DNA of 64,000 nucleotides from Candidatus Sumerlaeaceae bacterium (GCA_049968255.1 JBMFRB010000008.1:32001-96000); one strand, 5' to 3'. Positions 42,959-52,845 are shown, numbered from the stretch's first letter. Numbers and translations: made by a program. Notes: generated by a model not told the origin, from the letters alone.

Positions 42959-43048
42959 TTATTTGCGCTGGTGGCGCATGCGCTTGCGAAGCTTTTTGTA
43001 CTTGTGCTTACGAATTTTTTTTCGGCGCCATTTGATAACGCTACCCAC
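42959..43048 (-). CDS. Small basic protein, bS22 / AURKAIP1-COX24 family (29 aa)
   Basis: Translates MGSVIKWRRKKIRKHKYKKLRKRMRHQRK; AAGGAGGA RBS upstream of the GTG start. Confidence 0.9.
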   Translation of the reverse strand: MGSVIKWRRKKIRKHKYKKLRKRMRHQRK

Positions 43049-43183
43049 AAAATCCTCCTTCGCTGATTTTCACGGATTTTTGGTGCAGTGTGCACATACA
43101 CCACGCAAGCGAAAGTTACTCATGCTCAAGAAAGACAAAGCAGCCTTCCATGCACCGCGGAGGCCCAGTGGAATAGCGCACGT

Positions 43184-44689
43184 ATGAAATCTGAGTCAAT
43201 GGGAGAGAGGTCTTTTGTCCCTCGCGAGTCATGGCTCCTGGCCTTAGCCACGCTTGGCGCCTTGGGGGTTAGGCTTTTCCATCTCGATTACCGAGGAATG
43301 TGGACTGACGAGTTCCACACGCTCAATGCAACGCTTTTGCCATGGAAAGATCTCATCACCGAGCGGCTGCGGGCAGGGCATTTGCCAACCTACTTTCTTT
43401 TCATGAAGGTGTGGACACAGCTCTTTGGTACCAGCGATTGGGCATTGCGCCTTCCATCGGCACTCGCCGGGGCACTTATTGTGCCCGCGACATACTATTT
43501 CGCAAGACCCTGGTTCGCGTCTCGCTTTGTTTGGGTCCTTGTAGCCGTGGCCACCGTGAACGCCACAGGGGTTTGGGCTTCGCAGGAAGCTCGAATGTAC
43601 TCAATGCTCCTCGTGGCGGCAACGTTCGCCCACGGAGCATTTCTGCGCGCCGTGGCACGCGATGAGCAGAGGGCGTGGATCACATACTGGATCTCTGCAT
43701 TTATAGCCACCGCACTGCAGCCGGTCATGATTCTCACCGTTGTGGCGCACGGCCTCTTCCTGACAGTGTGCCACGGGCGCAGGGCTTGGCCGCTTCTGCG
43801 CAAATGGCTGGCGGTGCTGATTGTTGTGGTGCCCCTACTGATTGCTGTGGCACTCCTGCAGCAAAAGCGAAGTGTGGAATTCGACCCACGGGAATGGCTG
43901 AGCGAGACAGGACGCACAATCGGGATTTTTGTGAAACGGCTAGGGCTTGTGGCGTTTGGCGTGTCGGCTGACACCGGACGGTGGCGTGCCTTGACCAGCC
44001 TGATCCTTTTCCTGTGCTTGGGTTTAGCCTACCTCAGGTGGCGCAAGCATAAGCGTTCTGATCCTGCTTTCAAGGACTCGCCAGAAGCACTAGCAGTAAA
44101 GTTTTCAACGATCGCCGTGGCTTTTCCTGTGCTGGCTCTTTTCATGGGGAGCTTTTTCCTCGAACACATTGCCGGCAATGAACGTTATCTGATACCAATT
44201 TGCGTGCCGCTGTGGACACTCGCCATTTGGGGATGCTTTGAGGTCCCAACGTCACGTTGGCGCGATGTCGTCGTTGCCGCTGCCGTCATCATGCTGGCCG
44301 TGGGCCTTATCCGGCATTGGCGCGACCGTGGCCTTGGCGGGCGCGAAATTGTGCACTACGTGAACAGCTGCGCCCTGCCGAGCGACGTGATCGTATGCAG
44401 GGCAACGCCAACCATGCGTCTTATGATCGAACACTACAGCCAACGGCCGCTCCAAGTGTGCACTGTACCAGAGCCAAGCAGAACGCGCGACGTCGACGAT
44501 GACACAGCCTACCAGACATTGCTGAGCTGCCTTGGGCCGCACACTCAGTTCTGGCTGATCGAGTACCGCGGGAAAGGAAGCTTCCTGCGCAACATGATCG
44601 CCCGACGGCCAAAGGAACTTGAGGTCGTGAGAGAAAAGACAATCGAACAAGCCCGTGCAGCTCTCATCCGCCGACGGTCACTGCAATGA
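43184..44689 (+). CDS. GT-C fold membrane glycosyltransferase (GT39/ArnT/PMT-like)
   Basis: WTDE, H.PTYF, LRLPS, QEARMYS motifs; multiple TM helices. Confidence 0.85.
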   Translation: MKSESMGERSFVPRESWLLALATLGALGVRLFHLDYRGMWTDEFHTLNATLLPWKDLITERLRAGHLPTYFLFMKVWTQLFGTSDWALRLPSALAGALIVPATYYFARPWFASRFVWVLVAVATVNATGVWASQEARMYSMLLVAATFAHGAFLRAVARDEQRAWITYWISAFIATALQPVMILTVVAHGLFLTVCHGRRAWPLLRKWLAVLIVVVPLLIAVALLQQKRSVEFDPREWLSETGRTIGIFVKRLGLVAFGVSADTGRWRALTSLILFLCLGLAYLRWRKHKRSDPAFKDSPEALAVKFSTIAVAFPVLALFMGSFFLEHIAGNERYLIPICVPLWTLAIWGCFEVPTSRWRDVVVAAAVIMLAVGLIRHWRDRGLGGREIVHYVNSCALPSDVIVCRATPTMRLMIEHYSQRPLQVCTVPEPSRTRDVDDDTAYQTLLSCLGPHTQFWLIEYRGKGSFLRNMIARRPKELEVVREKTIEQARAALIRRRSLQ

Positions 44690-44853
44690 CTCCGTAAGGA
44701 ACGCTGGACTCTCCGCATGCCAGCTTGCAAGGCCGTTGACGCCTCTTGTGGGGGCTACACGCTTCGTACACGTTTTGCAGCGTCAGGCTACTGCCGTGAA
44801 CTTTCTTTTGCAATTCCCAATCTAGCAAATCTTGTGTAGCAAAAGATCTCTCT

Positions 44854-46785
44854 ATGTGTGGAATCGTTGGAAAAGTTTATCTGAATCCAGAACGACCGGT
44901 TGAGCCCGAGATTATCGAGCGCATGAAGCGCTGCATTGTGCATCGTGGGCCTGACGATCACGGCTCCCACATTTGCCGCAATGTCGGCTTTGGCTTTCAG
45001 CGCCTCTCGATTATTGACCTTGCCACTGGCCATCAGCCGATGACGAACGAGGACGGATCGGTCGTCATCGTTTTCAACGGCGAAATTTATAACTTCATCC
45101 AGTTGCGTCAACAGCTTTTGTCATGCGGACATAAGTTCCTAACACGTTCCGATACAGAGGTCATTCTTCACGGCTACGAAGAATGGGGAACAAGCGTGAC
45201 CACGCGCCTGCGCGGGATGTTTGCTTTCGCCATTTTCGACACAAAAACGCAAACGCTTTTTCTTGCCAGAGACCGAGTTGGAAAAAAACCGCTCTACTAC
45301 GCCATCGTCGAGCCAGGGACAGAGCGCGAAGCCTTGATTTTTGCGAGCGAACTGAAGTGTTTGTTGGCCGAGCCTGCGTTCCGGCGCGACGTGGACCTCG
45401 TGGCGCTTGGCCACTACCTGACTTATCAGTATGTCCCGCACCCGTGGTCCATCTTCCAGCAAGCAAAGAAAGTCGAGCCCGCGTGCTGGGTCCAGTGGAG
45501 AAATGGACGCCTGAAACAAGAGCGCTACTGGAATCTTTGTTACGAACCAAAAAACCTGGTGACGCTCAATGATGCGATCGAACAAGGCGCACAGCTCATT
45601 GACGAGGCAGTCAGGATCCGCCTCATGAGTGAGGTGCCCCTTGGTTGCTTTCTCAGTGGTGGCGTGGACAGCTCGACCGTCGTTGCGTTCATGCGCCGCC
45701 ACATCACCGGAAAACTTCGCACCTTTTCCATTGGATTCGAGGAGGAAAAATTTAACGAACTCCCCTATGCGCGTCAAGTGGCGCAGCAGTTCGAAACCGA
45801 TCATCAAGAAATGATTGTGAGGCCAGACGCTCTTGAATGCGTGGCACGCTTAGCCTGGCACTTCGACGAGCCATTTGCCGACTCAAGCGCGATTCCAACC
45901 TACTACCTCGCCAAGATGACGCGCCAGTTCGTGACGGTGGCACTCAATGGCGACGGCGGCGACGAAAGCTTTGCTGGTTACGTCCGTTACCTTGGTTTTC
46001 CCGCCCTGCGAGCTTATGAGCGCCTCCCTCGCTGGCTTCGCCAGTTGTGGGCTTGGCCCCTTGCCGTAGCAGCACGCGTCTTCACATCCTCGGCCAAAAT
46101 CGAGCTCTGGAACTACGTCAACCGCGTGTCGCTCATGCCGTTTGAGAGCCGTTACGTCCAGATGATGGTCATTTTCCGCGACTATCAGAAGCAGGAGCTT
46201 TTTCTCAAGCGTCACGCACAAAAGCTGCATGGCCCGATTGCAGATTCGGAATTTCTCACCGAGGCAACGATGCTCAATGGAACAGCGATCGAGCCCATCG
46301 ACCGCATGATGTTTGCTGACGTCATGCTCTACCTGCCCGGAGCGCTCCTTCCCAAAGTGGACCGGACAACCATGGGAGTCTCACTCGAGGGACGTTCACC
46401 GTTCTTAGATCATCATCTCATGGAGTGGGCGGCGCGGTTGCCGGCAGATCTCAAGTTTCCGGATGGGAAACTAAAATTCCTGCTCAAGCAAATTGCCCGC
46501 CGATTCTTCACAGATGACTTTCTCAACAGGCCGAAGCAGGGCTTTGGCGTGCCCCTCGGCCTCTGGTTCCAAACGACGCTGCGCGGATTGCTCGAGGATT
46601 TTCTGCTGAGCGAACGAGCACGTCATCGCGGCTTCTTCGAGCCCAGCTATGTCCAGCACATTGTGAATCAACACGTGACCGGAGCACAAAATCATGCCCA
46701 TCGGCTCTGGACTCTTCTGATGTTTGAAGCATGGGCTCGAACGTTTCTCGATAGGCCCGATCCTTTGGCAGGACCACTTTGGTAG
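44854..46785 (+). CDS. asnB: Asparagine synthase (glutamine-hydrolysing) family amidotransferase
   Basis: N-terminal MCGI, HRGPD, FNGEIYN, LSGGVDSS, GDGGDE, KVDR, KQGF. Confidence 0.93.
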   Translation: MCGIVGKVYLNPERPVEPEIIERMKRCIVHRGPDDHGSHICRNVGFGFQRLSIIDLATGHQPMTNEDGSVVIVFNGEIYNFIQLRQQLLSCGHKFLTRSDTEVILHGYEEWGTSVTTRLRGMFAFAIFDTKTQTLFLARDRVGKKPLYYAIVEPGTEREALIFASELKCLLAEPAFRRDVDLVALGHYLTYQYVPHPWSIFQQAKKVEPACWVQWRNGRLKQERYWNLCYEPKNLVTLNDAIEQGAQLIDEAVRIRLMSEVPLGCFLSGGVDSSTVVAFMRRHITGKLRTFSIGFEEEKFNELPYARQVAQQFETDHQEMIVRPDALECVARLAWHFDEPFADSSAIPTYYLAKMTRQFVTVALNGDGGDESFAGYVRYLGFPALRAYERLPRWLRQLWAWPLAVAARVFTSSAKIELWNYVNRVSLMPFESRYVQMMVIFRDYQKQELFLKRHAQKLHGPIADSEFLTEATMLNGTAIEPIDRMMFADVMLYLPGALLPKVDRTTMGVSLEGRSPFLDHHLMEWAARLPADLKFPDGKLKFLLKQIARRFFTDDFLNRPKQGFGVPLGLWFQTTLRGLLEDFLLSERARHRGFFEPSYVQHIVNQHVTGAQNHAHRLWTLLMFEAWARTFLDRPDPLAGPLW

Positions 46786-46876
46786 CACCCAAGCTCACAT
46801 GTCTCAAACGTGCCGCGCGAACAAGTGAGGTAGGCCCACCTTCCACGCGCCACAAGCGGGTGGGCCCGCGGCTGTC

Positions 46877-47293
46877 TCATTTGCAGCGACGTTTCAAGGG
46901 TTCATTCTTTCGAAATGCCGTGCCATGGAAAAGAGCAATAATGCGTCCCGCAGCGTCGCGGACTTTCACGTCATAATGCGCAAGCGTGCGGCCACGCGAG
47001 ACTTCGAGAGCTTCCGCAATGAGTTCTCCTTCCGTAACTGCCCGCACAAAGGAAATGTGAACATCGCTCGCCACGGCAACTGTGCCATGCGAGTTTGATG
47101 CCGCGGCAAAGGCAAAGTCGGCAAGCGTGAAAATGGCACCGCCCATCACCGTGCCAACAGCGTTGAAATGCTCGGGGCCCACGCGCATGCGCACGACAGC
47201 GCGTCCAGGCTCGAGCTCGACAAGCTCAGCACCAATGCTCGTGGCAAAACGATCGCACGAAAAGTATTTTTTCCAGTCATCGAGAGTTTTCAT
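46877..47293 (-). CDS. PaaI-family hotdog thioesterase
   Basis: N..GTVMGGAIFTLADFAF motif. Confidence 0.88.
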   Translation of the reverse strand: MKTLDDWKKYFSCDRFATSIGAELVELEPGRAVVRMRVGPEHFNAVGTVMGGAIFTLADFAFAAASNSHGTVAVASDVHISFVRAVTEGELIAEALEVSRGRTLAHYDVKVRDAAGRIIALFHGTAFRKNEPLKRRCK

Positions 47294-47568
47294 ATTGCCA
47301 AAAAAGAGCTTCGAGGACTTGGGGGCAAATGGCAAGCGCTATTGCCAAATGAGCACTCTGCAGCAAGACCACCATCAACAGCAGACAAACGTTGCGTTCG
47401 GGCCATGCTCAGAAATCTCATTTCGCTCTTGAGTGCATCGCACAGAATCTGTCGCCCACGATCCCAAGACTTCTCTCAACACGTCGTTCTGTTTTTCTTT
47501 CTTGGCAGTTGGGAACAAACCACTGCAAAGTAGCAGTTTCAAACGTCAGTTCGAGGAGATAAGAAAGA

Positions 47569-48687
47569 ATGGCTCTACGCGTGCAGGATGTCGTCGCAGC
47601 GCTCGATCGAGTAGCTCCTTTTCGCCTGGCCTATGATTGGGATAACGTAGGGCTGCAGATCGGCGACTCGAAACAGAAGGTGGAGGCCATTGCTGTCGGA
47701 TTGGAAGTCACCTCAGAGTTTCTGAAGTTCGCCCAACGACACTGTTGCCAAATGTTACTCGTCCATCACCCACTGATTTTTTCGCCACTCAAACGATTAG
47801 TTCAGGGCACACATGCCGTAGATCTGGCGGTAAACATCATTCGCTTAGAGATGGCACTCGCTGTCGCTCACACGAACTTAGACCGCGTTGCTTGGGGCAC
47901 GAATGGCATTCTCGCGGACTTGCTCGGACTTGAGAACAGACGTCCAGTGGAGCCAACCAGCCTTGAGGAGCAATTCAAATTCACAGTTTTTGTGCCAATA
48001 AACCATGTGAGTCCGCTTATCGAAGCAATTCATCGCGGCGGCGGAGGCTGGATCGGCAAATACTCACATTGCACGTTTCGCGCAAGCGGCACAGGCACGT
48101 ACCTTCCGGAAGTTGGTGCAAATCCATATCAAGGTAGCGTGGGGAAACTTGAAGAAGCAGAGGAGGTCCGCCTCGAGGCCATCGTGCCGAAACGCTCGCT
48201 TGGCGCTGTGATTCATGAGGTACTCGCAGTCCACCCCTATGAGGAAGTGGCCTACGATGTCTATCCCCTCGTTGAGACAAATCCTCGAGCGGGCCTTGGC
48301 GTGATTGGAACATTGCCAAAAGCACTGACGCTCGGAGAACTTGCGAAGAAAGTGGCAAAAGTGTGCGACGCAAACTGCACCACGTTAGCGGGTGATCGCA
48401 AAATAAAAGTGGAGCGAATCGCCATTGTAACGGGCAGCGCCGGTTCGACGGTGGACACAATCACGCGCGACGTTGCAGACGTTGTTGTGACAGGGGAACT
48501 GGGCTACCACAAGGCTTGTGAGCTCGTTGAGCGCGGAGTGGCGCTCGTGTGTGCGGGACATGCAGCGACCGAGAAAATCGTAGCCCCCGCGCTGGCGAAA
48601 CTCGTTGCGAACGAGTTGGGAAGCCGAGGAGAGGCTTTGCGCTGGCATGTCTTTCAAGACTACGCCGATCCCTGCGAGCCGCTGTAG
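47569..48687 (+). CDS. Nif3-like dinuclear metal protein (YqfO type, with PII-like insert)
   Basis: WDNVGL, HHPLIF, HTNLD, HPYEEVAYD, GHAATE. Confidence 0.93.
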   Translation: MALRVQDVVAALDRVAPFRLAYDWDNVGLQIGDSKQKVEAIAVGLEVTSEFLKFAQRHCCQMLLVHHPLIFSPLKRLVQGTHAVDLAVNIIRLEMALAVAHTNLDRVAWGTNGILADLLGLENRRPVEPTSLEEQFKFTVFVPINHVSPLIEAIHRGGGGWIGKYSHCTFRASGTGTYLPEVGANPYQGSVGKLEEAEEVRLEAIVPKRSLGAVIHEVLAVHPYEEVAYDVYPLVETNPRAGLGVIGTLPKALTLGELAKKVAKVCDANCTTLAGDRKIKVERIAIVTGSAGSTVDTITRDVADVVVTGELGYHKACELVERGVALVCAGHAATEKIVAPALAKLVANELGSRGEALRWHVFQDYADPCEPL

Positions 48688-48797
48688 CCTTGTGCCGAAT
48701 TCGAATCTTGCCTTTCCGGCGAAAACCTTGGCGCAATGTCGCTATAGGCACGAACCGAAACACGTGCGAGCCACGAAGGGAGGATGGCTAAGCATTC

Positions 48798-49526
48798 ATG
48801 AAATGTGATCTCGGCCGTTTGCTGGAATTACAGCGGGTGACGACAGACTTGCGGCGCTACAAAGAGCGCTCAGCACTTTGCGCGCGCAAAATCCAAGAGA
48901 TAGAAAAAAACACGGCGCGCCTCAACGAGGAGCTTGCGACTACACAAAGTAAATTGTCATATGTGCAAAAACAACTGCGTGACGGCGAGATGGAACTGAA
49001 GAATTTGGAAGAAAAACAAACCGCACTCAAAAAGCGAAGCGCGGTCGTGAGGACGCCAAAGGAGTGTGAAGCTCTCGAGCACGAGATCGCGGTCCTGGAA
49101 CAAAAACGTTCCGCGATAGAAGAACAACTTCTTACACTCATGGAAGAAAACGAAAAACTCGAAAGGTTTGTCGAACAGAAAAAGAGGGAAATCGACGAGG
49201 CGCGTGCGCAGTTCGAAGCAGAGCGCAAGCGAGTAAACGAAACCCACCAGCAGGCTAACGCACTTGTTCACGCCTTAGCTCAGGATGAAACGCGATTGCT
49301 CAGCGAACTCGGCGAAGAAATTGCGGAAATCTACCGGCGCCTCGTGGGAAGGATGGATTTGCCCGCGGTGGTGCCAATTGTTCAAGCCACATGCGGGGGC
49401 TGCGGAACGCAACTTCCCATTCATTTCGTGCAGGAACTCAAACGGAGTGGCGAAGTGGAGATATGCCCTCATTGCCGCCGTTTGGTTTACTACGGACAAC
49501 CGGCGGAACCTAGCGATCGGAATTAG
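48798..49526 (+). CDS. Coiled-coil protein with C4 zinc ribbon
   Basis: Long coiled coil, CGGC...CPHC; usual neighbour of Nif3. Confidence 0.9.
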   Translation: MKCDLGRLLELQRVTTDLRRYKERSALCARKIQEIEKNTARLNEELATTQSKLSYVQKQLRDGEMELKNLEEKQTALKKRSAVVRTPKECEALEHEIAVLEQKRSAIEEQLLTLMEENEKLERFVEQKKREIDEARAQFEAERKRVNETHQQANALVHALAQDETRLLSELGEEIAEIYRRLVGRMDLPAVVPIVQATCGGCGTQLPIHFVQELKRSGEVEICPHCRRLVYYGQPAEPSDRN

Positions 49527-49539
49527 TTTGATCCTAAAC

Positions 49540-49880
49540 TCACAATGTTTACACGCTGTGGAAAAGCACTGTGGAAAAGTGCTGCTGGGCAGCAAAAATT
49601 GAGCATGCAGTCGCCCCACCCAGATTTGCTTTCAGAAAATATACAACTCAATTTTCCGCTAAGCAGGTTTTCCACAAAGAGTGCCCGTCTGGGTATAACT
49701 TACTAAGGACATGCTTGAACAGGTACAAATGCTCACACGCGACAGAAGATTCTGGGGAAAACGTCCTCCGGTTTTTCACAGGTCTTTAGCATGTAAAAGA
49801 CTGATAAATCAGTTATAAGAGTAGTTTTTCCACATATCCACCGTCCCTACGACTACGACGATCTCATAAAAAGAGAGTGG
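49540..49880. other. Probable chromosomal replication origin (oriC)
   Basis: TTWTNCACA-type boxes at 49557-65, 49570-78, 49668-76, 49772-80 and 49826-34; near matches at 49690-98, 49753-61 and 49834-42; then CC-CTAC-GAC-TAC-GAC-GAT trios and an A-rich tract. Confidence 0.82.
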
Positions 49881-50062
49881 TTTAAAATCGCAGAACAAAC
49901 AGGAGGGAAAACGGATGTCTAAAAAAATTGAACAGATTACCTTTTGGCAATGATTGTGCAAATGACGAATAGGAGAAAATGGCTTCTGTACCAACTGATG
50001 AGAGATTTGGGACAAGTTTCACCTGCTACCCAGGTGAAGTCTCCACCCCCTCCCGGAGAACG

Positions 50063-50101
50063 CCCGGACGCTGGGGCTCCCTGGCGTCCGGGTCTTCGGT
50101 T
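50063..50101 (+). terminator. GC-rich hairpin, probable terminator
   Basis: CCCGGACGC...GCGTCCGGG stem followed by TCTTCGGTTT. Confidence 0.55.
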
Positions 50102-50246
50102 TAATGGTGACCTCGCCATACAGCCTGGCGGAATGCGTATGGCTCGTTGGGAGGACGCATTCCCTTTCCGTTGTTGGTCGAATTTGAGGGGGATGTGCTG
50201 AGCAGGTAAGGTCAAGCGCAGGAATGAGAGAAGGTCATCCTGAAAG

Positions 50247-51347
50247 TTAGCCGACGTAAAGAACGTCTTCGGGGACTGTGACGACGAGGACTTTTTTCCC
50301 GTCGACCGTGTACACGTGGGCCCTCAGCGAAACGTCTTCCCCACCACGCACTCGTTCGATGGAAGGCTGAAGTCCGGAGGCGTTAGCCCACACAGTGACT
50401 TGCCACAATGTCTTTCCGTCGGTGATGGTGAGAGTCTGACCGAAACGGAAACGCTCAACACGCACAACTTTCCCTGCAACTTCAACAACTGCTCCTTCGG
50501 GCGCTGAGATAAAATCGGCGGCGGGAGCCGTCACGGCTCCCGCCTGTGCATTCTGCTGAGTGGTCGCGCTTGGAACTTCGCTTTTGAGCTCGGGGTTGCT
50601 TTTCTGCGTCTGAATGTCGGTAGGAGCGTCGGGCTTGAGCTGCAGATTACCGCGATACTCGCCAAGCGTGCCGCTGACCCGAACAACATCTCCCTCATTG
50701 GGCTTTTGAGCGTCGCTGAGTTTGTCGGCGAGGTTTTGCCAGAAGACAACGTCGATCGATCCGGTCGCATCCTTGAGCTTGAGAATGTAAGGGGCGCGCT
50801 CGGAGCTGGGACGCCGCGCGCTCGTGACTGTGCCCTGGATCGTGAACTTTTGACCGACTTTATCGTTTGTGAGCTGAGCAATAGGGGTAACGCCGGAGGG
50901 AGCGGCTGTTGCAGAGTCCTTTGCTGGTTTCTGGGCCGGCTGCTGCACGGATGACGCCGCCGTGGACGGAGCGCTCGCTCCTTCAATCTGAATCTCCGTG
51001 GGAGAGTCGACGTGAATTTCAAGCGCGCCGCGGAACTCTGCAACTTTTCCTTTCACACGAACCTTAGCACCGTCGGTAAGCGCTTGCTTGTTGGCAATCT
51101 TTGCAAACACATCAGGCCAGATTGCCACACGGATCGAGCCTGAGGCATCTTCGAGTTTGAATGAGTTGGGGGCACGATCGCTGCGAGAAGCCTGAAACCC
51201 CTTGACCGTACCCTGAAGTTCCACGACCTGGCCGAGTTTGTCCTGCGTGATGGCAGAAACAGAGAGTGTGGAACTTTGTGCGCACGCGCCAGACGCGATC
51301 AGTAAGCTCATAAAGAGCATCGGAATCGTGAAGCGACGTTTCAACAT
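50247..51347 (-). CDS. Exported protein with three OB-fold repeats
   Basis: Signal peptide; repeats of V.L.G.V...LEDASGSI.V..W...V.G...EFRG.LEI separated by Ser/Ala/Pro linkers; GGAGG RBS. Confidence 0.82.
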   Translation of the reverse strand: MLKRRFTIPMLFMSLLIASGACAQSSTLSVSAITQDKLGQVVELQGTVKGFQASRSDRAPNSFKLEDASGSIRVAIWPDVFAKIANKQALTDGAKVRVKGKVAEFRGALEIHVDSPTEIQIEGASAPSTAASSVQQPAQKPAKDSATAAPSGVTPIAQLTNDKVGQKFTIQGTVTSARRPSSERAPYILKLKDATGSIDVVFWQNLADKLSDAQKPNEGDVVRVSGTLGEYRGNLQLKPDAPTDIQTQKSNPELKSEVPSATTQQNAQAGAVTAPAADFISAPEGAVVEVAGKVVRVERFRFGQTLTITDGKTLWQVTVWANASGLQPSIERVRGGEDVSLRAHVYTVDGKKVLVVTVPEDVLYVG

Positions 51348-51537
51348 AAGCGAATCCTCCTGGGAAACAAGGTGGCGTTTCTTCTAAAACAGAATAACAT
51401 GAAATTCCCCGGTGCAGGAAATCAAAAAAATTCCGAGAAGAATTTGGGGTTTTCTGGGCAGAAAAGTTTTTTGTCGATATGGAAGATAGGGGGCGCGCAG
51501 CTTTTCGGCTGTAGAGGTGCTGCATTTCTGGGGACGT

Positions 51538-52548
51538 CTACTCTAATTGCCAGCGAGAAAGCGTCACGGGTAACATCACGGCAAAATCAGCCACAATGGG
51601 CAAGTGGTCGGACGCGTTGTCGGTGTCTCCGTCCTGTAAACCAGCACCACTGCGCTGAGTTGCGGTCATTGTCTTCGTATTCAGAACAAAGGCATGGACA
51701 ACCCCTAACACACTATCTGTGATGTAAATGCGATCAATGCGCGAGCTCGGGTTTGTTGTTCCGCTCGGATAGGTGTCCGTGTCGCCCGTGTAAGGATCTG
51801 CAGGAGTGACATCAAGGAGGTCGGTCGCATCCCAATCGCCTTTGATGTCTGGGCCATAGGTCGCGTTGTCGACGATATCGCCGGTCCGCAACGTAACTTC
51901 CGGTTGCTGGGGATCAGGATCGACGAAATTAAAATCTCCCATCACAAGGGCCGGTGTTGAGGTTGGCAGATCAACGGCGCCGCCAGGAGTTCTGAGATCA
52001 CCGAACCATTTGGCAAGGGCGTCACAAGCCTTTTGGCGGCGTGTCGTGTTTGTGCCTCCAGCAAAGGCCTTGAGGTGCACACACATGGGATAGATGTCGG
52101 TCGGGTAGGTTGCATCAGGGAGATTAACCAGCCCAGCGTTTACACCGCGCACTTCGGATGCGGGAATAGTGTCCGTGATGTTCATCGATTGCGGATATCG
52201 GCTTGCCAGAACCGTCCGGACGTAACCGTCAGAAAGGCCAAGGTGGACGGTCCAAGTTGAGCTCGTAGGAAGAATGGAGTTCAGACGGGTCACAAGTTGC
52301 GCTGTGGTAATCCCATCCTCAATCTCTTCAAAGGAGATGATGTCCGGCTTGACCGCCTGGAGTATGCGCTGGAACAGCGCGTCCTTTGTCGAGTCGCTTA
52401 TGAATTTCCGTGCCGTGTTGTAGGCCATGATGCGAATATCGGAGGGATGCGCTTTGCTGAAGTCACCGGTACTCGGGTCGTAAGCAACGAGGCGAGTCGT
52501 AAGTGTAAGAGCCAAATGGCAAAGAAGAAGAGCTCTTCGAGTAAACAT
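51538..52548 (-). CDS. Exported endonuclease/exonuclease/phosphatase (EEP) family enzyme
   Basis: AYN, EEI, VHLK, GDFN, RIDRI, SDHLP catalytic motifs; signal peptide. Confidence 0.88.
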   Translation of the reverse strand: MFTRRALLLCHLALTLTTRLVAYDPSTGDFSKAHPSDIRIMAYNTARKFISDSTKDALFQRILQAVKPDIISFEEIEDGITTAQLVTRLNSILPTSSTWTVHLGLSDGYVRTVLASRYPQSMNITDTIPASEVRGVNAGLVNLPDATYPTDIYPMCVHLKAFAGGTNTTRRQKACDALAKWFGDLRTPGGAVDLPTSTPALVMGDFNFVDPDPQQPEVTLRTGDIVDNATYGPDIKGDWDATDLLDVTPADPYTGDTDTYPSGTTNPSSRIDRIYITDSVLGVVHAFVLNTKTMTATQRSGAGLQDGDTDNASDHLPIVADFAVMLPVTLSRWQLE

Positions 52549-52845
52549 TGGGCGCCAACTCCGGTTACTTGATTCATTTCTGAGTTTTGAACAAGTTTTC
52601 TAAAAGTAGTGTGCGAAAAAATTTCGGGCATAATGGTGACACGGCGGAACAAACAAAAATCTTGGGGGGGACGACTTCTATCCAAAACCAAAGTTGGATT
52701 TTCACCCGTCCGGACAAGTTCGTAAAGCTGCTGCGGTGTTGCACAGCAACGGGACCGAGATCGACATCGCGCTTGACCCCAAGCTCTGAGCTGTGGACTT
52801 CGCGCTTGCATGGAGCAAGCGGCCTGCCGTTGCATGGTGCTCGCC

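Noticed and set aside
43184-46785. GT-C plus AsnB as a possible lasso-peptide or RiPP locus
   Set aside because: AsnB has an intact N-terminal Cys glutaminase domain and no precursor, B protein or transporter is adjacent; glycan or envelope amidation is more likely.
49527-50246. Possible rnpB after nif3/zinc-ribbon (a common position)
   Set aside because: No RNase P motifs found; the region is explained by DnaA boxes and trios.
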